NCBI GenBank assembly: GCA_050084515.1
Contig: CM114271.1
Span: 9,734,001 to 9,798,000 of the forward strand
DNA from: Blasia pusilla
Taxonomy: Eukaryota
Length of the DNA: 64,000 nucleotides
Direction: 5' to 3'
Shown here piece by piece: positions 37,224 through 51,085 of this stretch. The position numbers and the translations under genes are program-made. How positions within the stretch are numbered: position 1 is the first letter of the stretch; each line of letters begins with the position of its first letter. The notes beneath the pieces were generated by a model. That model was given only the letters and a program-made list of their open reading frames with translations, did not search any database and was not told the origin of the DNA.

Positions 37224-38444
37224 TGTAATGTACAAGTGTTTCTAGTTTATAGTCGTTTTAATAAGTTTGATCCCCAAGAGGATCATTGTTTGATGAAAAG
37301 AGAGTTCGGAATTACAATTCTGTTGTAATAGTTGTATTTAAAGGTGTGTGAGTTATATTCAATGTCTTATCAATATCTTCTGATCTTTCTCAGTACCAAA
37401 GGACCTTTTCTCAATGCTCTCTAGTGGAATTGACAGCATGTTTAGGTAGATTTTCCTCTCGACATCAAGAAACCTCACAGAGATCTCAACACAAAATCTG
37501 GCTTCTCCTACTTTCGGAACTCAATTCGTCTCGGCAGGTTACTCTCTGTCAAACAAATTTCTTACAACTCAGGTTGATTATTTCAGTGATTAGAAAGGTT
37601 TTCCTGATTCACTCTTCACTCTACAGACCCAAAAAGAATACTCAGACATAAGCATCGCACATCAGAATGAATGAATGATTGCTTTACTACTCCATCAAGA
37701 ACGAGAAAGCTTCAAAGTGTATACAAGCTCGAGAGGGTACTACTCTCTTGCTCGGACCATACCTACAACATAAGGACTTCGTAAGAGAATGATGATTATG
37801 GCTTCTGCCTTGCTTCTTAAATATTCGCTGGAGTGGAAGTGATCCAAAGATTCGAAACGTTCTTGATGAAGCTAGTGTCTCTTCACTATTTCTAACTACC
37901 TAGATCTATGGTTCTCTTAGCTTTTCCTACGATCCCTGTGAATCCGCATTATAAAACTGTCCTAACTACCAATTTGATACAAAGGGTCGCGCCCTTTTCT
38001 AGTCTAACTGTTTTAACATGTGTCTCTTGAAATCACAGTTCTTCTTAGCTTCGCTTCGTTGGACTTCAGGAGGACGAAGTACTCCATGCTTCGTTCTTAT
38101 TTCTTGTGCTTCGTACTTCGTGCTTCGTTAAAGAGCAAAGTAATTCTTTCTTCTTTTCTTCGTGATGCTTCGTTATGTAGCGAAGCACTTCAAAAATAGA
38201 GCTTTGTACATCTTCGTTGAGCTTCGTTAAGCTTCGTTCTGAGTCTTGAGACTTCGTTATTACGTTTTCCTCTCCTCTAAGGCAAATCCTTGATCTTCCA
38301 TCTCTTTGCCTTGTCCCAAGAGCTTCGTGATTCACTTATTCTTCCTCATAATCAAAAATAATCATAATCAAAATCATAATATACAAGAGTCTTCGTTGAA
38401 TAAAAAGACATATTCTTCAAGATTACAAAATTGTGGATATCACA
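37224..38444 (-). repeat. 5' LTR of A2
   Basis: Minus strand TGTGATATCCAC...ATTACA; diverged homolog of 32188-33365. Confidence 0.9.
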
Positions 38445-41400
38445 GCATTTGAGCAAGAGTTTAGGGAGATTGGGGCAGATTCAAGGTTGATGTCACGACT
38501 GAATTCTATCAAGATGAAGGCAAGTGACACACTAAGGAGCTACACCGAGCGTGTCCAGCAGCTGATAGGGAAGCTATCCATAGTACCACCAGCAAACCTT
38601 CAGTTGGAGTGGTTTATTTATGGTCTACCAGAGTTGTTGGATTTTGAAGTGAGGGAAGGGAGATCCTCAAACATTAGCGATTCTTTGTTGATGTGGCCAA
38701 GAGATATGAGAAGTTAGCCCTACTATCAAAGTCTGGGCGAGAAGAAGTCAAGAAGAAGGTCAAGTTTGAGGACTCGATGATAGTGATGAGTACTTGGTGG
38801 AGGACAGAGAAGAGAAGTCTAGCCATCAAAGAGGTAGAGAGACACATCCATCACAACTCACCAAGGTTGTGAAGGATGAAATGCACTTAAGGGCAGCCAT
38901 AGAGGAGGTGAAGGTGCAGATGGTGATATCAAGAAGAACCGCAAGGCGTCCCTATGACCCGCACTAATATTTGGTGCACCGCTGAAGAAGGAGGGTCACT
39001 TCTCTCATGATTGTCAAGTTGATTGGAGGATGATCCAAGAGACCGAGTGAACTCGTGGAGCTAGAGCTCGGGGACATAGAGTGTCTTTATGCTATTCAAC
39101 AAGGAGCTCTACGTCCGATATCGAGGGGCTAGACCAGGGGGTTCAATACCAAGAATCCCTGGTGCCTGTTGGGAGTGTGGGGAGGTTGGACATATCTCAC
39201 CTGAGTGCCCACACCGGAGGATTCCTGGGGAGTACATCTTGCTGTGTAGAAATTGCAGGGAAGAGGGGCACAAGGCTTCTAGGTGCCCAAAGCCTGTGCA
39301 ACTTAGAGTGTTGCCCCGCTATACCCCAATCCCACCTAGGGAAGAGACAACCCTCAACTGGTCCAACAAGGCAGCAGCAGAGCAACAACCAAGGGACGAG
39401 GGCAGAACTTCAAATGTCAGATGGATCTAGGACTATGAAGAGGAGAATGTGTGGAGAGTGTCTACCAAGAGGCAAACCAATGAAGAGAAGGGCAAGAACT
39501 CCCGCAAGAGAGGAGGTCAGATCAGGTGGAGAAGAGGAGGAAGAAGCTCCAGCCTTTGAGTTGCCTGATGTTACTGAAGAAGTGCTAGCCCACTTGGAAG
39601 AGCTACATACCAAGGAGGGAGAGGCCAGTACCAAGAAGACTACAATGGTGGTAAGACCCTCTTTGTCCCCTGCAGCCAGAAGGGAGTTGCACTACAACAT
39701 CATGCTGAACATTGAGAAGAGGTTAGCTGAAGTCACCATTGGGCAGTTGTTGAAGGATAATCCAAGGTACCGAAAGCAAGTGTTGGATGTAGTAAAGACC
39801 AAGAGGAGGAAGAGGCTCCCACCTACCATTTCAGAGGTGAGGTACACTAAAGTAGAGGATTGGGGAGCACCTGAGATCGACATTGAGATCGAAGGGTGTT
39901 TGATCACAAGGGTACCAGTGGATGGAGGTTCAGGTGTGAATGTCATGATGAAGCAAAGCGCTGTCACGACTGGTTACACGTATTCAAGCCTACCCCAAAG
40001 ATATTGAGGATGGCTAACCAAGAGGAAGTGGTACCAGTGGGTAAGTTATCTCAGGTAGTTACTAGGATGGGAGAGTTGGAGTATAAGCTGAACTATGTAG
40101 TAATCACGGTACCCATTCCTGCTACATTCCAAGTTTTGTTGGGAAGGCCTTGGTTGTACAAGGCAGGAGTTTTGGAGGATTGGAAGAAGAAGGAGTTTAG
40201 GATTGGTTTAGTGAGGATCCCATGGGGGCTTCCAGCATACCAAGGCGAGACAACAGCAAGCTCCATGGGATACACGACTGAGAGCGAGGAAGTAGATGAA
40301 GAAGAGCACGCTTCTGATTTTTGGATGGTGGTGAATGCCTTCAAGAAAGCAACAGAAGGAGAGTTTGACTTCAACCAACCAGAGGAAGAGCTTGTGCAGG
40401 TCAAGGAAGATGAAGAGCAAGAGGACACCACCAAGACTTGGCCTCTTACATCAAATGAAGGAGATCAAACAAGACTAGTTATGGGGAAGAAGAAGAAGAA
40501 TGAGCATGCCCTGGGAGAACTTGATGTCCCACTAGTGCATGGGTGCACCATCAGCTAATGGAGGATCTAGGTATGAAGGGCTATCATGAGACCTTTGGAA
40601 GAGAGCAAGTGGAGGACCTCTCCGCTATTGTAAAACCAGTTCAGTATGAGAGGATGAGTCTTACGCCAGATATGGAGTTCTATGTAGGGAGGACTATCCA
40701 GGAGGTGGAGAAAGAAGCCTACAAGGAGTTGTTGCTAGAGTTCAAGGATGTGTTTTCTTGGTCACATCACGACCTGACTGGAATCTCACCTGAGTATGGA
40801 GAACATCGGATAGACTTGAAGGAGGATGCAGTACCAGTTAGGCAAAGGCAATACAGGCTCAATCCAAAGTACTCCTTGAAGGTGAAGGAGGAGTTGGATA
40901 AGCTATTGGAAGCAGGATTTATCTATCTTGTAAAACATAGTGAGTGGGTATCCCCCATTGTGATTGTGCCAAAGAAGGTGGGAGCTGATGGAATAGCCAA
41001 GATCAGAGTTTGTCAAGACTATAGAAAGTTGAATGAGGCTACCAAGAAGGACTTCTACCCGCTGCCCTTCAGTGATATCATACTGGACCATGTAGCTGGT
41101 CATGCGGTGTACACTTTCTTGAATGGTATGTCGGGGTACTTACCAGACCTTCATCAGAGTTGGAGACCAGATCTACACTACATTCACCACTGATTGGGGG
41201 ACTTATGCATTTTGTAGGATGCCCTTTGGATTGTGTAATGCTCCAGGTACATTTCAGAGGATCATGAGAGACATTTTCCATGATATCTTGAGGCATTTTC
41301 TAGAGGTCTTCATCGATGATTTTGCAGTTTTCAGTAAGAGGGAGGAGCATCTACAACATTTGAGGCTTACATTTGAAAGATGTAAGGAAGCCAATCTGAA

Positions 41401-43454
41401 GTTAAACCTAGGAAAGTGCTTCATTGGGATGGAGAGTGGGATACTGTTGGGGCATAAAGTATCAGTTGAGGGGATTGTTGTAGACCTGGATAAAGTGACC
41501 ACCATCTTGGCTCTCAAAGCACCCACTAGTGTGAAAGAAGTTCGAGGCTTCCTTGGCATGGTTGGTTATTATAGGAGGTTTATAGAGGGATATGCTAAGA
41601 TTGCTCTCCCATTGATTGAGTTGCTGAAGAAGGAGGCTACATTCCACTGGGCAGATCGCCAAGAGGAAGCCTTTAGGGAGCTCAAGGCAAAGATGGTGAA
41701 GGCACCCATGATGGCAGCACCAAGGTTTGATAGAGACTTCCATGTAACTGGTGATGCTTCTGGATTTTGCATAGGAATTATATTGTGGCAGTATGGAGAG
41801 GACAAAGAGGAGAGGCCAATTTATTATGCTAGTAGGCGTTGAGTTCATTGAGAGAAACTACAAAGACTCTTGAGAGAGAGTGCTTGCCTATCATTTTTGC
41901 GTGTAAGAAGTTCAGGCATTACCTCCTTGGCTATGATGTGGTCTTTCACATTGATCATGATGCCATCAAACATTTGGTCAACAAGGCTGATCTATCCGGC
42001 AGAGTTGCAAGGTGGGTTATGCTGCTACAAGAGTTCCAATACCAGATCAAGGTGAAGCCAAGGATGGGGAACAAGAATGTTGACTACCTATCCAGGCTAG
42101 AGGAGGAAGAGATGAGAAACTCTATTGTTGCCGAGTTTCCTGATGAACACCTCTTTGCCATTTCAGAAGAAGGGGATGAGTATGCTGAGATTAGAAGGTA
42201 TCTCAAAGAGGGAGTTGTTCCACCCGAGAACTCTCAAAAACAAAATATTTTTATGGTTAAGGCAGGGCCATATACATTGATCGAGGACGTGCTGTTCAAA
42301 CTTGGACCAGATGACAGGTTGAGAAGGTGTGTGAGTAAGGGAGAAAGTCTGAGAATCATGCACACATTCCACTCATGAGAGGAGGGAGGTCACTTTGGAG
42401 TGGAGACCACAATCAAGAAGATTCGAACTGCAGGGTACTGGTGGCCTACCCTCCATAGAGATGTGCACAAGTACATCAAGAGTTGTGACCCTTGCCAACA
42501 TTCAGGAAAACCTTCAGTTAAGGATCACTGGCCACTCATACCTATCATTCCTTTGGGTCCTTTTGCTAAGTGGGGAATTGACTTCATTGGTCCTATCACT
42601 CCTGCTAGTAAGGGCCATAGAAATAGGTACATTATTCTAGCCACTGATTATGCTACTAAGTGGGTGGAAGCGAAGGCCACAAGGAAGAATGATGGTGAAA
42701 CTGTTGGGAGGTTCTTGGATGAGCATATTCTCATGAGGTTTGGTGCTCCATGGGAGTTAGTGAGTGATAGAGGTTTGCACTTCATTAATGAGGTGATTCA
42801 GGCTATAACAGAGCAGCACCAAATCAAGCATAGGTTGACCACGCCTTACAACCCTAAGGCTAATGAACTCACTGAGAGAGCCAGTGGGATCATTGGTGCT
42901 ATTTTGACCAAGATGGTGGCAGCTCACAAATCAGATTGGGATAGGAAATTAGCTTCAGCTGTCCATGCTTACAACACATCTGAGAAGAGTACAACAGGGA
43001 AAAGTCCCTACTTCTTGGTGTATGGGCAGAACCCACTCTTGGTAGTAGAGTTGGAGTTGAAGACTGATCATACTCTAGAAGGGCACTTCCAACCTGAAGG
43101 TGGCATAGATAGCAGGCCGGATATGATTGATGCCCTAGAGGAGGAGAGAAAGGCAGCATTGGAGAAGACCAAGGCAGTTCAGCAACAAAGGAAGATGAGA
43201 TTTGATAACCGAATCAAGCATGATCCAGTGAAGGATGGGGACCTGGTGATGATGTATGATAGTCGACACTAAAAGTTTCCTGGAAAGCTGCACATTCGCT
43301 GGCTTGGGCCTTATCAGGTAATCTCAGTATTTGAGAATGGTTCTTTGTCTTTGGCTACACTAGATGGTGAAGCATTACCGGCAAGAGTGAATGGATCGAG
43401 GATTAGAAAATACTATGACATGGGGCAACTGATTGAAGATGGTTTTCAAAACTA
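38445..43454 (+). pseudogene. gag-pol: Gag-Pol of family C, frameshifted
   Basis: CWECGEVGHISPEC, CRNCREEGHKASRC; VDGGSG; MPFGLCNAP, FIDDF; DASG; CDPC, WGIDFIGP, VSDRGLHF, WLGPY. Confidence 0.93.
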
Positions 43455-43594
43455 GCATGCTCTCGGGGCATTCGCAAGGTGGCCGTGGGATTATGTGCGC
43501 CCCTTCATAAGTGGCTCCCATGGGTGTTAGATACTTTTGGGACTCTAGTTAGGTGAGTAGAAGGAGCTAGAACAACAATCTGCAATTTAAATGA

Positions 43595-44143
43595 GATCAT
43601 TGGTGCTATTTTGACCAAGATGGGGGCAGCTCACAAATCAGATTTTGGATAGGAAATTAGCTTCAGCTGTTCATGCTTACAACACAGCTAAGAAGAGTAC
43701 AACAGGGAAAAATCCCCACTTCTTGGTGTATGGGCATAACCCACTCTCGGTAGTAGAGTTGGAGTTGAAGGCTGATCATACTCTAGAAGAGCACTTCCAA
43801 CCTGAAGGTGGCATGGATAGCAGATTGGATATGATTTATGCACTAGAGGAGGAGAGAGAGGCAGCATTTGGAGAAGATCAAGGCAGTCCACCAACAAAGG
43901 AAGAATGATGGTGAAACTGCTGGGAGGTTCTTGTATGAGCATATTCTCACGAGGTTTGGTGCTCCATGGGATTTAGTGAGTGATAGAGGTTTGCACTTCA
44001 TTAATGAGGTGATTCAGGCTATAACAGAGCAGCACCGAATCAAGCATGATCCAGTGAAGGATGGGGACTTGGGGCTGATGTATGACAGTCGACACCAAAA
44101 GGTTCCGGGAAAACTGCACATTCGCTGTCTTGAACCTTATCAG
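43595..44143 (+). repeat. Scrambled duplication of family C integrase segments
   Basis: Three blocks matching ~42887-43190, ~42680-42820 and ~43208-43316, in that order. Confidence 0.85.
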
Positions 44144-46079
44144 AGCTCGAAGCTATGGTAGCCAACATAGAGGGGAGAATCAGGTGTTGACAGTTGGAGC
44201 ATGGCTAATTGGTTTGGTGATTTAAAGGGCTCGTTGGAAAGCTCTTTGGATGCTTTTCAAGCTGATACAGTCAAATCAAGACATTGGATGCTGGGCTAGA
44301 ATTCTCAAGGTAGATTAGAAAGGCAAGGAGTCTGGATTTTTGGAAAACAAGAGGGCAGGCTATTCGAGGGCTGCTACCTAGAGCACTAGTTGGCCAAATC
44401 TTGATCTGATTGATGGTATGGCTTTGCCTTGAGATGCTCTACACTATGGAGGTCACCCAGAAGAGTTTTCAGCAAGTAATGGGGATCATAGGATACTCAA
44501 CGAGGACTGAGATCGAATGCTTGAGCTCTTGTGGGCTAGAAGATTAATCATGGAATCCTAGAGGACCTCATTTGAAGAGAGCATCCAAGGAGTGATTTGT
44601 GCAGGTGGAGCTAAGAGGATCCAAGGAGTGATTTGTGCAGGTGGAGCTGAGTGGAGGTGTGAACTGAGGGCAGGGCTTGAACCAGCTTGAGAAGAAGCAA
44701 GCATGGTAAGAATTTAAAGGTAGATCTTACCTTCAAGCATGTCCAAGAGACAAGTCAAACCTATGCCATCAATGCTGCTCAAGAGACTTTAGTTAGGACA
44801 GGTTCAGAAGTAGATGAGGTAGAAATTTCAGGCAATAGATGCCTTGGAGTAGATGCTTAGGGGGAGGTAGATTTGTAGGAAGGTAGGAAACCAGAATGCC
44901 AGAGAAGCCCAAGTGGGTAGAGGGCTCTCAGCTTCACTTATAAATACTCAGTTTGGTTTAGTTGAAGGGGGCATATACATGTTGTTGGCTAGTAGACACT
45001 CGATCTCTTGAGCCAAGATAACCAGCAGAGTTATGTGCTCCCAGATCTAGGTAGTGTGTAGTGTGCTTGAAGGGGGCTGAGACTAAGAAGATCTCCCATG
45101 TACTCGATGATTTTGTGATACACAGAAAGTAGCCGTGTGAAATGATTTCACTCCACTGCCCTGTGTCTGAGTTTGTGCATGATTGAGTGATGAGTTGGGG
45201 GGCTTGATGAAGTGAGATTCTTGGAGCTGGTTCAACTAATCATTCAAAAGCGTAGTGAGTGGACAAGAGGCTATACCAGTAGAGGGGAGGCAAGCTTGGG
45301 TTCCAAGATTGTGATCCTCCAAGGTGTGCTTTGAAAGCTTGCTGTTCTGCCCACCTGAGTATGGCCTTTGACACCAATCACTGATTACTTCCAGGGTGTG
45401 ACAACCCGGACTTCCAGGTCTAGTAAGTGATAAGAGATTAGTGAGTGGAGAGAGAGAGGGTCATGCTTGAGCTTCCCTATAGGTAGAAGACCATGGGCTC
45501 AGCCTATTAAGTCTCCTACTACCTGAACAAGAAGGGAGAACAAAGGATCAGCGAGGTAAGAGGAGAACAAGAAGGGATGTGGGTGTTGGTTTGAGCAAAT
45601 AGAGAGTTGCTTCCCTTTCAGGCTACCCTGGGGGTGGATGATTATACTAGACAGCGTATTGGATGGCCTTATGTTTTTTTAGTAGTCTCTAGTTGTGAGC
45701 CTTGAGTAGATGTACTGGTTGAATTTCCACTGAGCACTCTATCTAAGGACTCAAAACTACACCCAAGCTCTCACTGGATACTCGGTGAGGAGAAAAAGGT
45801 GATTGCACTACCTGATCAGTTAGGAGTTGGGTGTGCTTTAGAGGATTTCCTTGGTACATTCAACTAGTCCAAGGCAGCACATTGGAGGACCTTATGCTGC
45901 CCTGGTCATTCTTGAATGTGATTTCTAAGTAGAGTGTGCTTGTTGGGTTCCACTGGTCACTCCACTCAAAGCATTCAAGAGAATGGAAGGAGTTTTGGTT
46001 AGTAGGGTGAGGACAGGATTGTGATACTGAAGTGGAGAGGGTTTCTCTAGCCTCTTAAGGTAAAGAGGTGGGGTTTACA

Positions 46080-49000
46080 GTTGTTAAGGAGTACATCTTG
46101 GAGTTCTGATCTTTTGATCTGGCACTAAGCTCTTACATGGGACCGAACTGGTGGAACTAGCAACATTTTCACATGGGTTGTGTGCTGGCCATGTATTACC
46201 TGGTAAGACAATTACCTCAGACTCCACAGGAGTTTTCTTAGACGAGGACCTGGTCCGGCCCTCTCGTCCCGCTTGCCCGAGCGATTCCGCCTCTCGCCTT
46301 GAGGACTCAGCCTCTTTTTTGGAAGACCCCGCCTCGGAATTTCTTGATCCCCTCGCCTTCCTCAAACCTGGTGTGGATTTGTCTTTGGCGGTGACGACCT
46401 TGCCCACCAACTCCGCTGTGTCGAGGGCTTGCTCCTCCGCATCTCCTTCGAAAAAATCGTCAAGTTGCACGAAGTTTGGAATGTCGTCCCTACCTACGAC
46501 CACTGCATCATACACCACACGTAGATTTTTTTTTGTAATGTCCTCTGGGTCGTTGAAGTCCAACCAGATTGGAAAATTGTTAACCTCCCAGTCGGACATG
46601 CGCTGTCCCATCTCCATGTGGTACATGGAGAATGCCTCTCCATCAGGCGGAGAAGCCCACAATTTGCAGGCTGTTGGTAATTTTTTCCACGTTCCTGCAT
46701 TCTTACAATTGATGAGGTACATGTACACCATCCGATGGGCAGCTCTTTGTCAAGATGACTCGGTCGCCTGGTCCTGAAGATCCCACTTCTTCTTTGCAAA
46801 ATCCCATTTTTTGGCGTCTATTTCCTCATCCAGGTCTACCTGAGGGAGGATGTGATTCTTGAACATCATCCTGAATCCCGGGTTTTTTGTCAACTTATCT
46901 CTGATGTCATCAAGCCATAGTTCAAAATCTTTTGCAGCCTCTAGGTTTGCTTCCTCTGGAAGTGGCTCAATCTTCTTAAGCTCCGCTTGAAGACCCACAA
47001 GTATGGACTTCTCGAGAAGGCGTAACACATCCCACAATGACCATTCCCGTAGCCAATGGGAGATCATTGGATCTGAAACTCTCGGAGGATGGTGTGCCGC
47101 CCGCTTTTGGGCCTCAATGCCCTCGAGACTGATTTTCATCAGTCGGATTCGCCTAAACTCGGATATCCCAGACAACGCAAATCTATGCACGCGGTCCATA
47201 AACACTTTCTCGCCGATCTGACCCTATGGATCTTCGTCTCTCTTTCGGTGGCACTTAATTATCGCCTTGAGCTCCTTGTAAAACTAAGGGCCAAGTTCGG
47301 GGTTGAGAATCGCAATGTAATGCTGCATCTTGCTTGCAGTGTACTTTGTAACTGCAGATACGGCAGCCTGAATAAAGTTTGCACGTTCTGATGCTAACAC
47401 ATTCTCCCTTTGCTTCACTTCCAACGAAGCACTCTTCTTGGCGGCCTAGATCTTGGACTAACATAGGATTGTGACGGCTGCATCTTGGGAAATGAAGGTA
47501 TTTGCCCAAGTCTTCTTTTTTATTTGAGCTCCCTTCGCCAGCATCTCATTTACCATACCGTTGCCTAGGAATCCCTTGTACTTTGCCAGGTGCGTCGTAA
47601 GCACCTTCTTCACCCTATCGCAATCCTAGATCCACTGGTGGATGACGTTCCCCTCGGATACAATCCTGCACATCCAAACACAAGGTAAGAACACTGCAAG
47701 CTATAGAGTTCCTGCAACCCGTCGGACTTCGATGGGTTGCAATTCTGTCAACCCATGGGGGTCAAAATGGTAGCACTGAGATAAATGTTGCAACCCATCG
47801 GAGTCCGACGAGTCGCAACACATATCTTTGTGTTACACTTATTGCAACACTCTTGAAATTTTTAGAGAGAATTGCAACCCATCGGAGTCTGACGGTTTGC
47901 ACTCTCTTTTCGTGACTTTCTGGTCCAACCGATTTAGTCATTGGTTACAACCCGTCGGACTCTGATGGGTTGTAGAATGACTTCAATTCGGAGACAGGTT
48001 TCTCGAAAAAAATTGCACATATCAACCCGTCAGAGTCGGACGGGTTGCGCAATGCCTTGTAAACCTGAAATTGGACGCCTAAAAGCAAGCTCTTGTACTC
48101 CGACCACCTACCCTTGGAGGGAGGGGGGAATGCAACCCGTTGGAATCCGACAAGATGCTTTGGACCAAAAGTATCCAAAAAAACCGGTCAGTCCAACAAC
48201 TCATCGGACTCCGACGAGTTGCTTTTAGGCGTCTGATGATTTGTTACCTCTCGTTGTGCAACTCGTCGGAGTCCGACGGATTGCAGAAGAAATAAATCAT
48301 GGAGTCATTTTTCCACTCGTCAATGTTCGACTGGTTTCAATATCCTGCATTAATTTGGTGTGCTTGGCCACCAGGCAACCCGTCGGACTCCGACGGTTTG
48401 CTTGACTATGACATTGACCACAAACAAGATGGTGGCAAGAGACTCAAATCATTCCTGCCCATCGTTAAGCTTTCCAATTATTCAACATCTCTGACTCCGA
48501 CGGGTTGAAGCAATCAAACTTAAGGAAGAGGAAACTTACGTATTGATCTCATGCATTGCCATTTCCACCGTTGCCATGTGATGAGGAAATGGATGGAGCA
48601 CAACTCCCTTCACGCAAAAATGCGCCTCCAATGAATTTGGGCGCTCCTCTGCAAACTGCGTCCACGCCATGTACTTGTGCTTTCCACCCGAGATGAAGAA
48701 GTAAAGGTTCCGCATCCAATTAGATTTGGTTCTTTCAATCGCTCTTCTGAACTCCTGATCTCTCATCCTCCAGAAAAGATCCAACGCCTCCAAGTCCTCT
48801 TTCGTCACCAGCGCTTGGGTTCTATGTTCACCGTAAGGCTAAACATAGAACGGAGGGAAGTTGTCAACGTAGGATGCAGTCGTTGCCAACTGTTTGAGCT
48901 TTGCAATGTCCTCCTCTGACTAAATTTTGCGGACGTACTCCATTGTCCGCAATCGACATAGTGGAATTCTCGGGGCGTTCTGGCCCTCCATCAGTGCCAT

Positions 49001-49739
49001 CTGCTTAACAGCCTGCCACAATGGGGACCAAGTCAATAAAATACAGTTTTATGCCAATGAATTGCTTAATGAGCCTTCACATAACTCAAAATTTTCTTAC
49101 CTACTTAAAGATTGGGTCGGTGTCCACGCCCGGCAACTGCTTTGGGAGAGCAGTTGGCAAGTCCACGGGAAACTCATCAATTCGATAAAGGTTAATTTCT
49201 TCCACAAGGCTCAAAGACAATGAAGACTCTTCTCCTACTTCTTCACAGATGTCCACCATCTCCACACTTGCTGTCCTCATGACCTCATTGTCTCTCACTT
49301 TAACTTTGGCCTTTTCCTCAGCCGATTCTAGATTCATGGTGTCCCCATACCTCATCGGAGATATTTCTTGCATCTCAACACTCTCTGTTGGACGGGCAGG
49401 GCTTTCTTCAATGGGGATTGCTTGTTCCCTTCAAGATTTTGCCAATTGTGCTCTCCTCACTAAGGCGTCAAGACGCTTCTTCTCGCATTTCTCGTCCGCG
49501 ACTCTTTTCTTCAAGGCCTACGATGCCCCAGCCTTGACATTTTGCTTAGCTAGCTCTTCCATAACACGTTTTGCTAGAACCTCCTTCTTGTGCATATCTG
49601 CTTCCCTTTCCCGCTCCTCTATTTCTTGTTGCCTTATCTCATTTTCCAAATGAGGACTTGGAGATGGTGAAGTCGGAGTCCTTATGGACTTGGGAGTGAT
49701 GCTCCCTACCTTGGTTTCTTGTGTTTTCTTTCTCGTCAT
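46080..49739 (-). pseudogene. Gene B of copy D, exons 1-3
   Basis: ATG at 49739 (MTRKKTQ); ORFs 49101-49373, 48536-48808, 46750-47205, 46084-46731 homologous; ParB-like motif reads SGGKHK. Confidence 0.85.
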
Positions 49740-50109
49740 GGTGCAGGTTGGGTCAGTTCTTCCTCCTCGATAGTCTAATGTGCTTATGTGCACGAGAGAT
49801 CCCTTGAAGCATTTTGTGATGAAGCGCCGTGACCCTCTAGCGGATGGGTTCGATTTTTTTGAACCCTCAAAGCGTCAGGTGCTGGATCGTTGTAACCTTC
49901 CAACAAAGTGGTGATGTAACGGAGTTTGGCAGCGGAAAGGTAACGTCAGCTGCTGCGAGGAAGAGCACATGAAATCGCGAAATGAAAAACGGAAATGATC
50001 GAAACCTCAACCTTTTATACTTTTTGAGCCGTTGAGCTGACCATTGGGTCATTGGGTCGTACCGACGGCGACGTGTCATCCGTTTTGGAACTTTGCACAT
50101 GGGAACCCG

Positions 50110-50650
50110 GACAACCCGTCACTCTCCGACGGGTTGCACGCTTCCCTCGTCTTGGGGATGCAGGGCAAGTTACCGAGGCAACCTATCCGAGACCGACGAG
50201 TTGCACGCATCCCTTGTCCTCGGGTAGCAAGGTGAGGTAGCCAGGAAACCCGTCGGAGACCGACAGGTTGCACGCTTCCCCCATCTTGGGGTAACAAGGC
50301 AAGGTACCCGCGCAACCCGTCAGAGACCGACGGGTTGCATGCTTCCCCCATCTTGGGGTAACAAGGCAGAAACCAATCAGAAACCGACGGGTTGCATGCT
50401 TCCCCCATCTTGGGGTAACCCGTCAGAAACCAATGGGTTGCACGCTTCCCTCGTCTTGGGATAACAAGGCAAGATACCTGCGCAACCCGTTGGAGACCGA
50501 CGGGTTGCACGCTTCCCTCACCTTGGGGTAACAATATGAGGTACTTGGGATACCCCTCAAAGACCGACGGGTTGCACGCTTTCCTCATCCTCGGGTAACA
50601 ATGCGACAAAGCATAGTCTTGAGGCAAGCCGTTGCCCTCCAACGGGTTAC
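50110..50650. repeat. Tandem ~50-70 bp units, each with one palindrome, in the copy D promoter
   Basis: Repeated CAACCCGTC.GAGACCGACGGGTTGCACGCTTCCC...TCTTGGGG(T/A)AAC. Confidence 0.9.
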
Positions 50651-51085
50651 AAGATTTACCTTGGGTTGGACACTTCCCACCATATGGAAAAACTGCACTC
50701 ACGGTTTGCACGATTCATTGGACAAGAGAAATCGATGCAAGATCCAAAAGGGAAAGCGAGGTAAGGTGCCTTCCGAACCCGTCCCAATCCCCAACGGACG
50801 TACCAATCCAAGGGACTCCAACGGGTTGCAAGTTGCACTCGAACTCATATAGAAGATGGTACTCCGTGGCTTTGCAACCCACGTGTCTGAGTCCCAAATT
50901 TTGCAACACGTCGGACTCCAACAAGGTGCAAGAGGATTGAATCCATTCCGTTACACAATCTCACCTACCAAACAACATCTTGTCACTCGAATTTTGTCAG
51001 GAGAATAACGGTCAGTATTCACTATAAATGAAAAATCTCATTCTGATTCCCATTCTCATTCTCCATCTGGTGGTATCATCTCGGA

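Larger units (their letters stand above)
33366..38444 (-). mobile_element. Athila-like element A2, 5' half (LTR, PBS, gag, PR, start of RT)
   Basis: LTR 37224-38444, PBS 37189-37206, gag/pol homologous to A1; RT cut after GYNQVSI by the A1 LTR. Confidence 0.93.
38445..46079 (+). mobile_element. Ty3/gypsy family C (non-chromo), 5' end missing; probable partial 3' LTR 44144-46079
   Basis: gag-pol at 38445-43454; TATAAATA near 44939; ends GGGGTTTACA at 46079 against gene B sequence. Confidence 0.8.
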
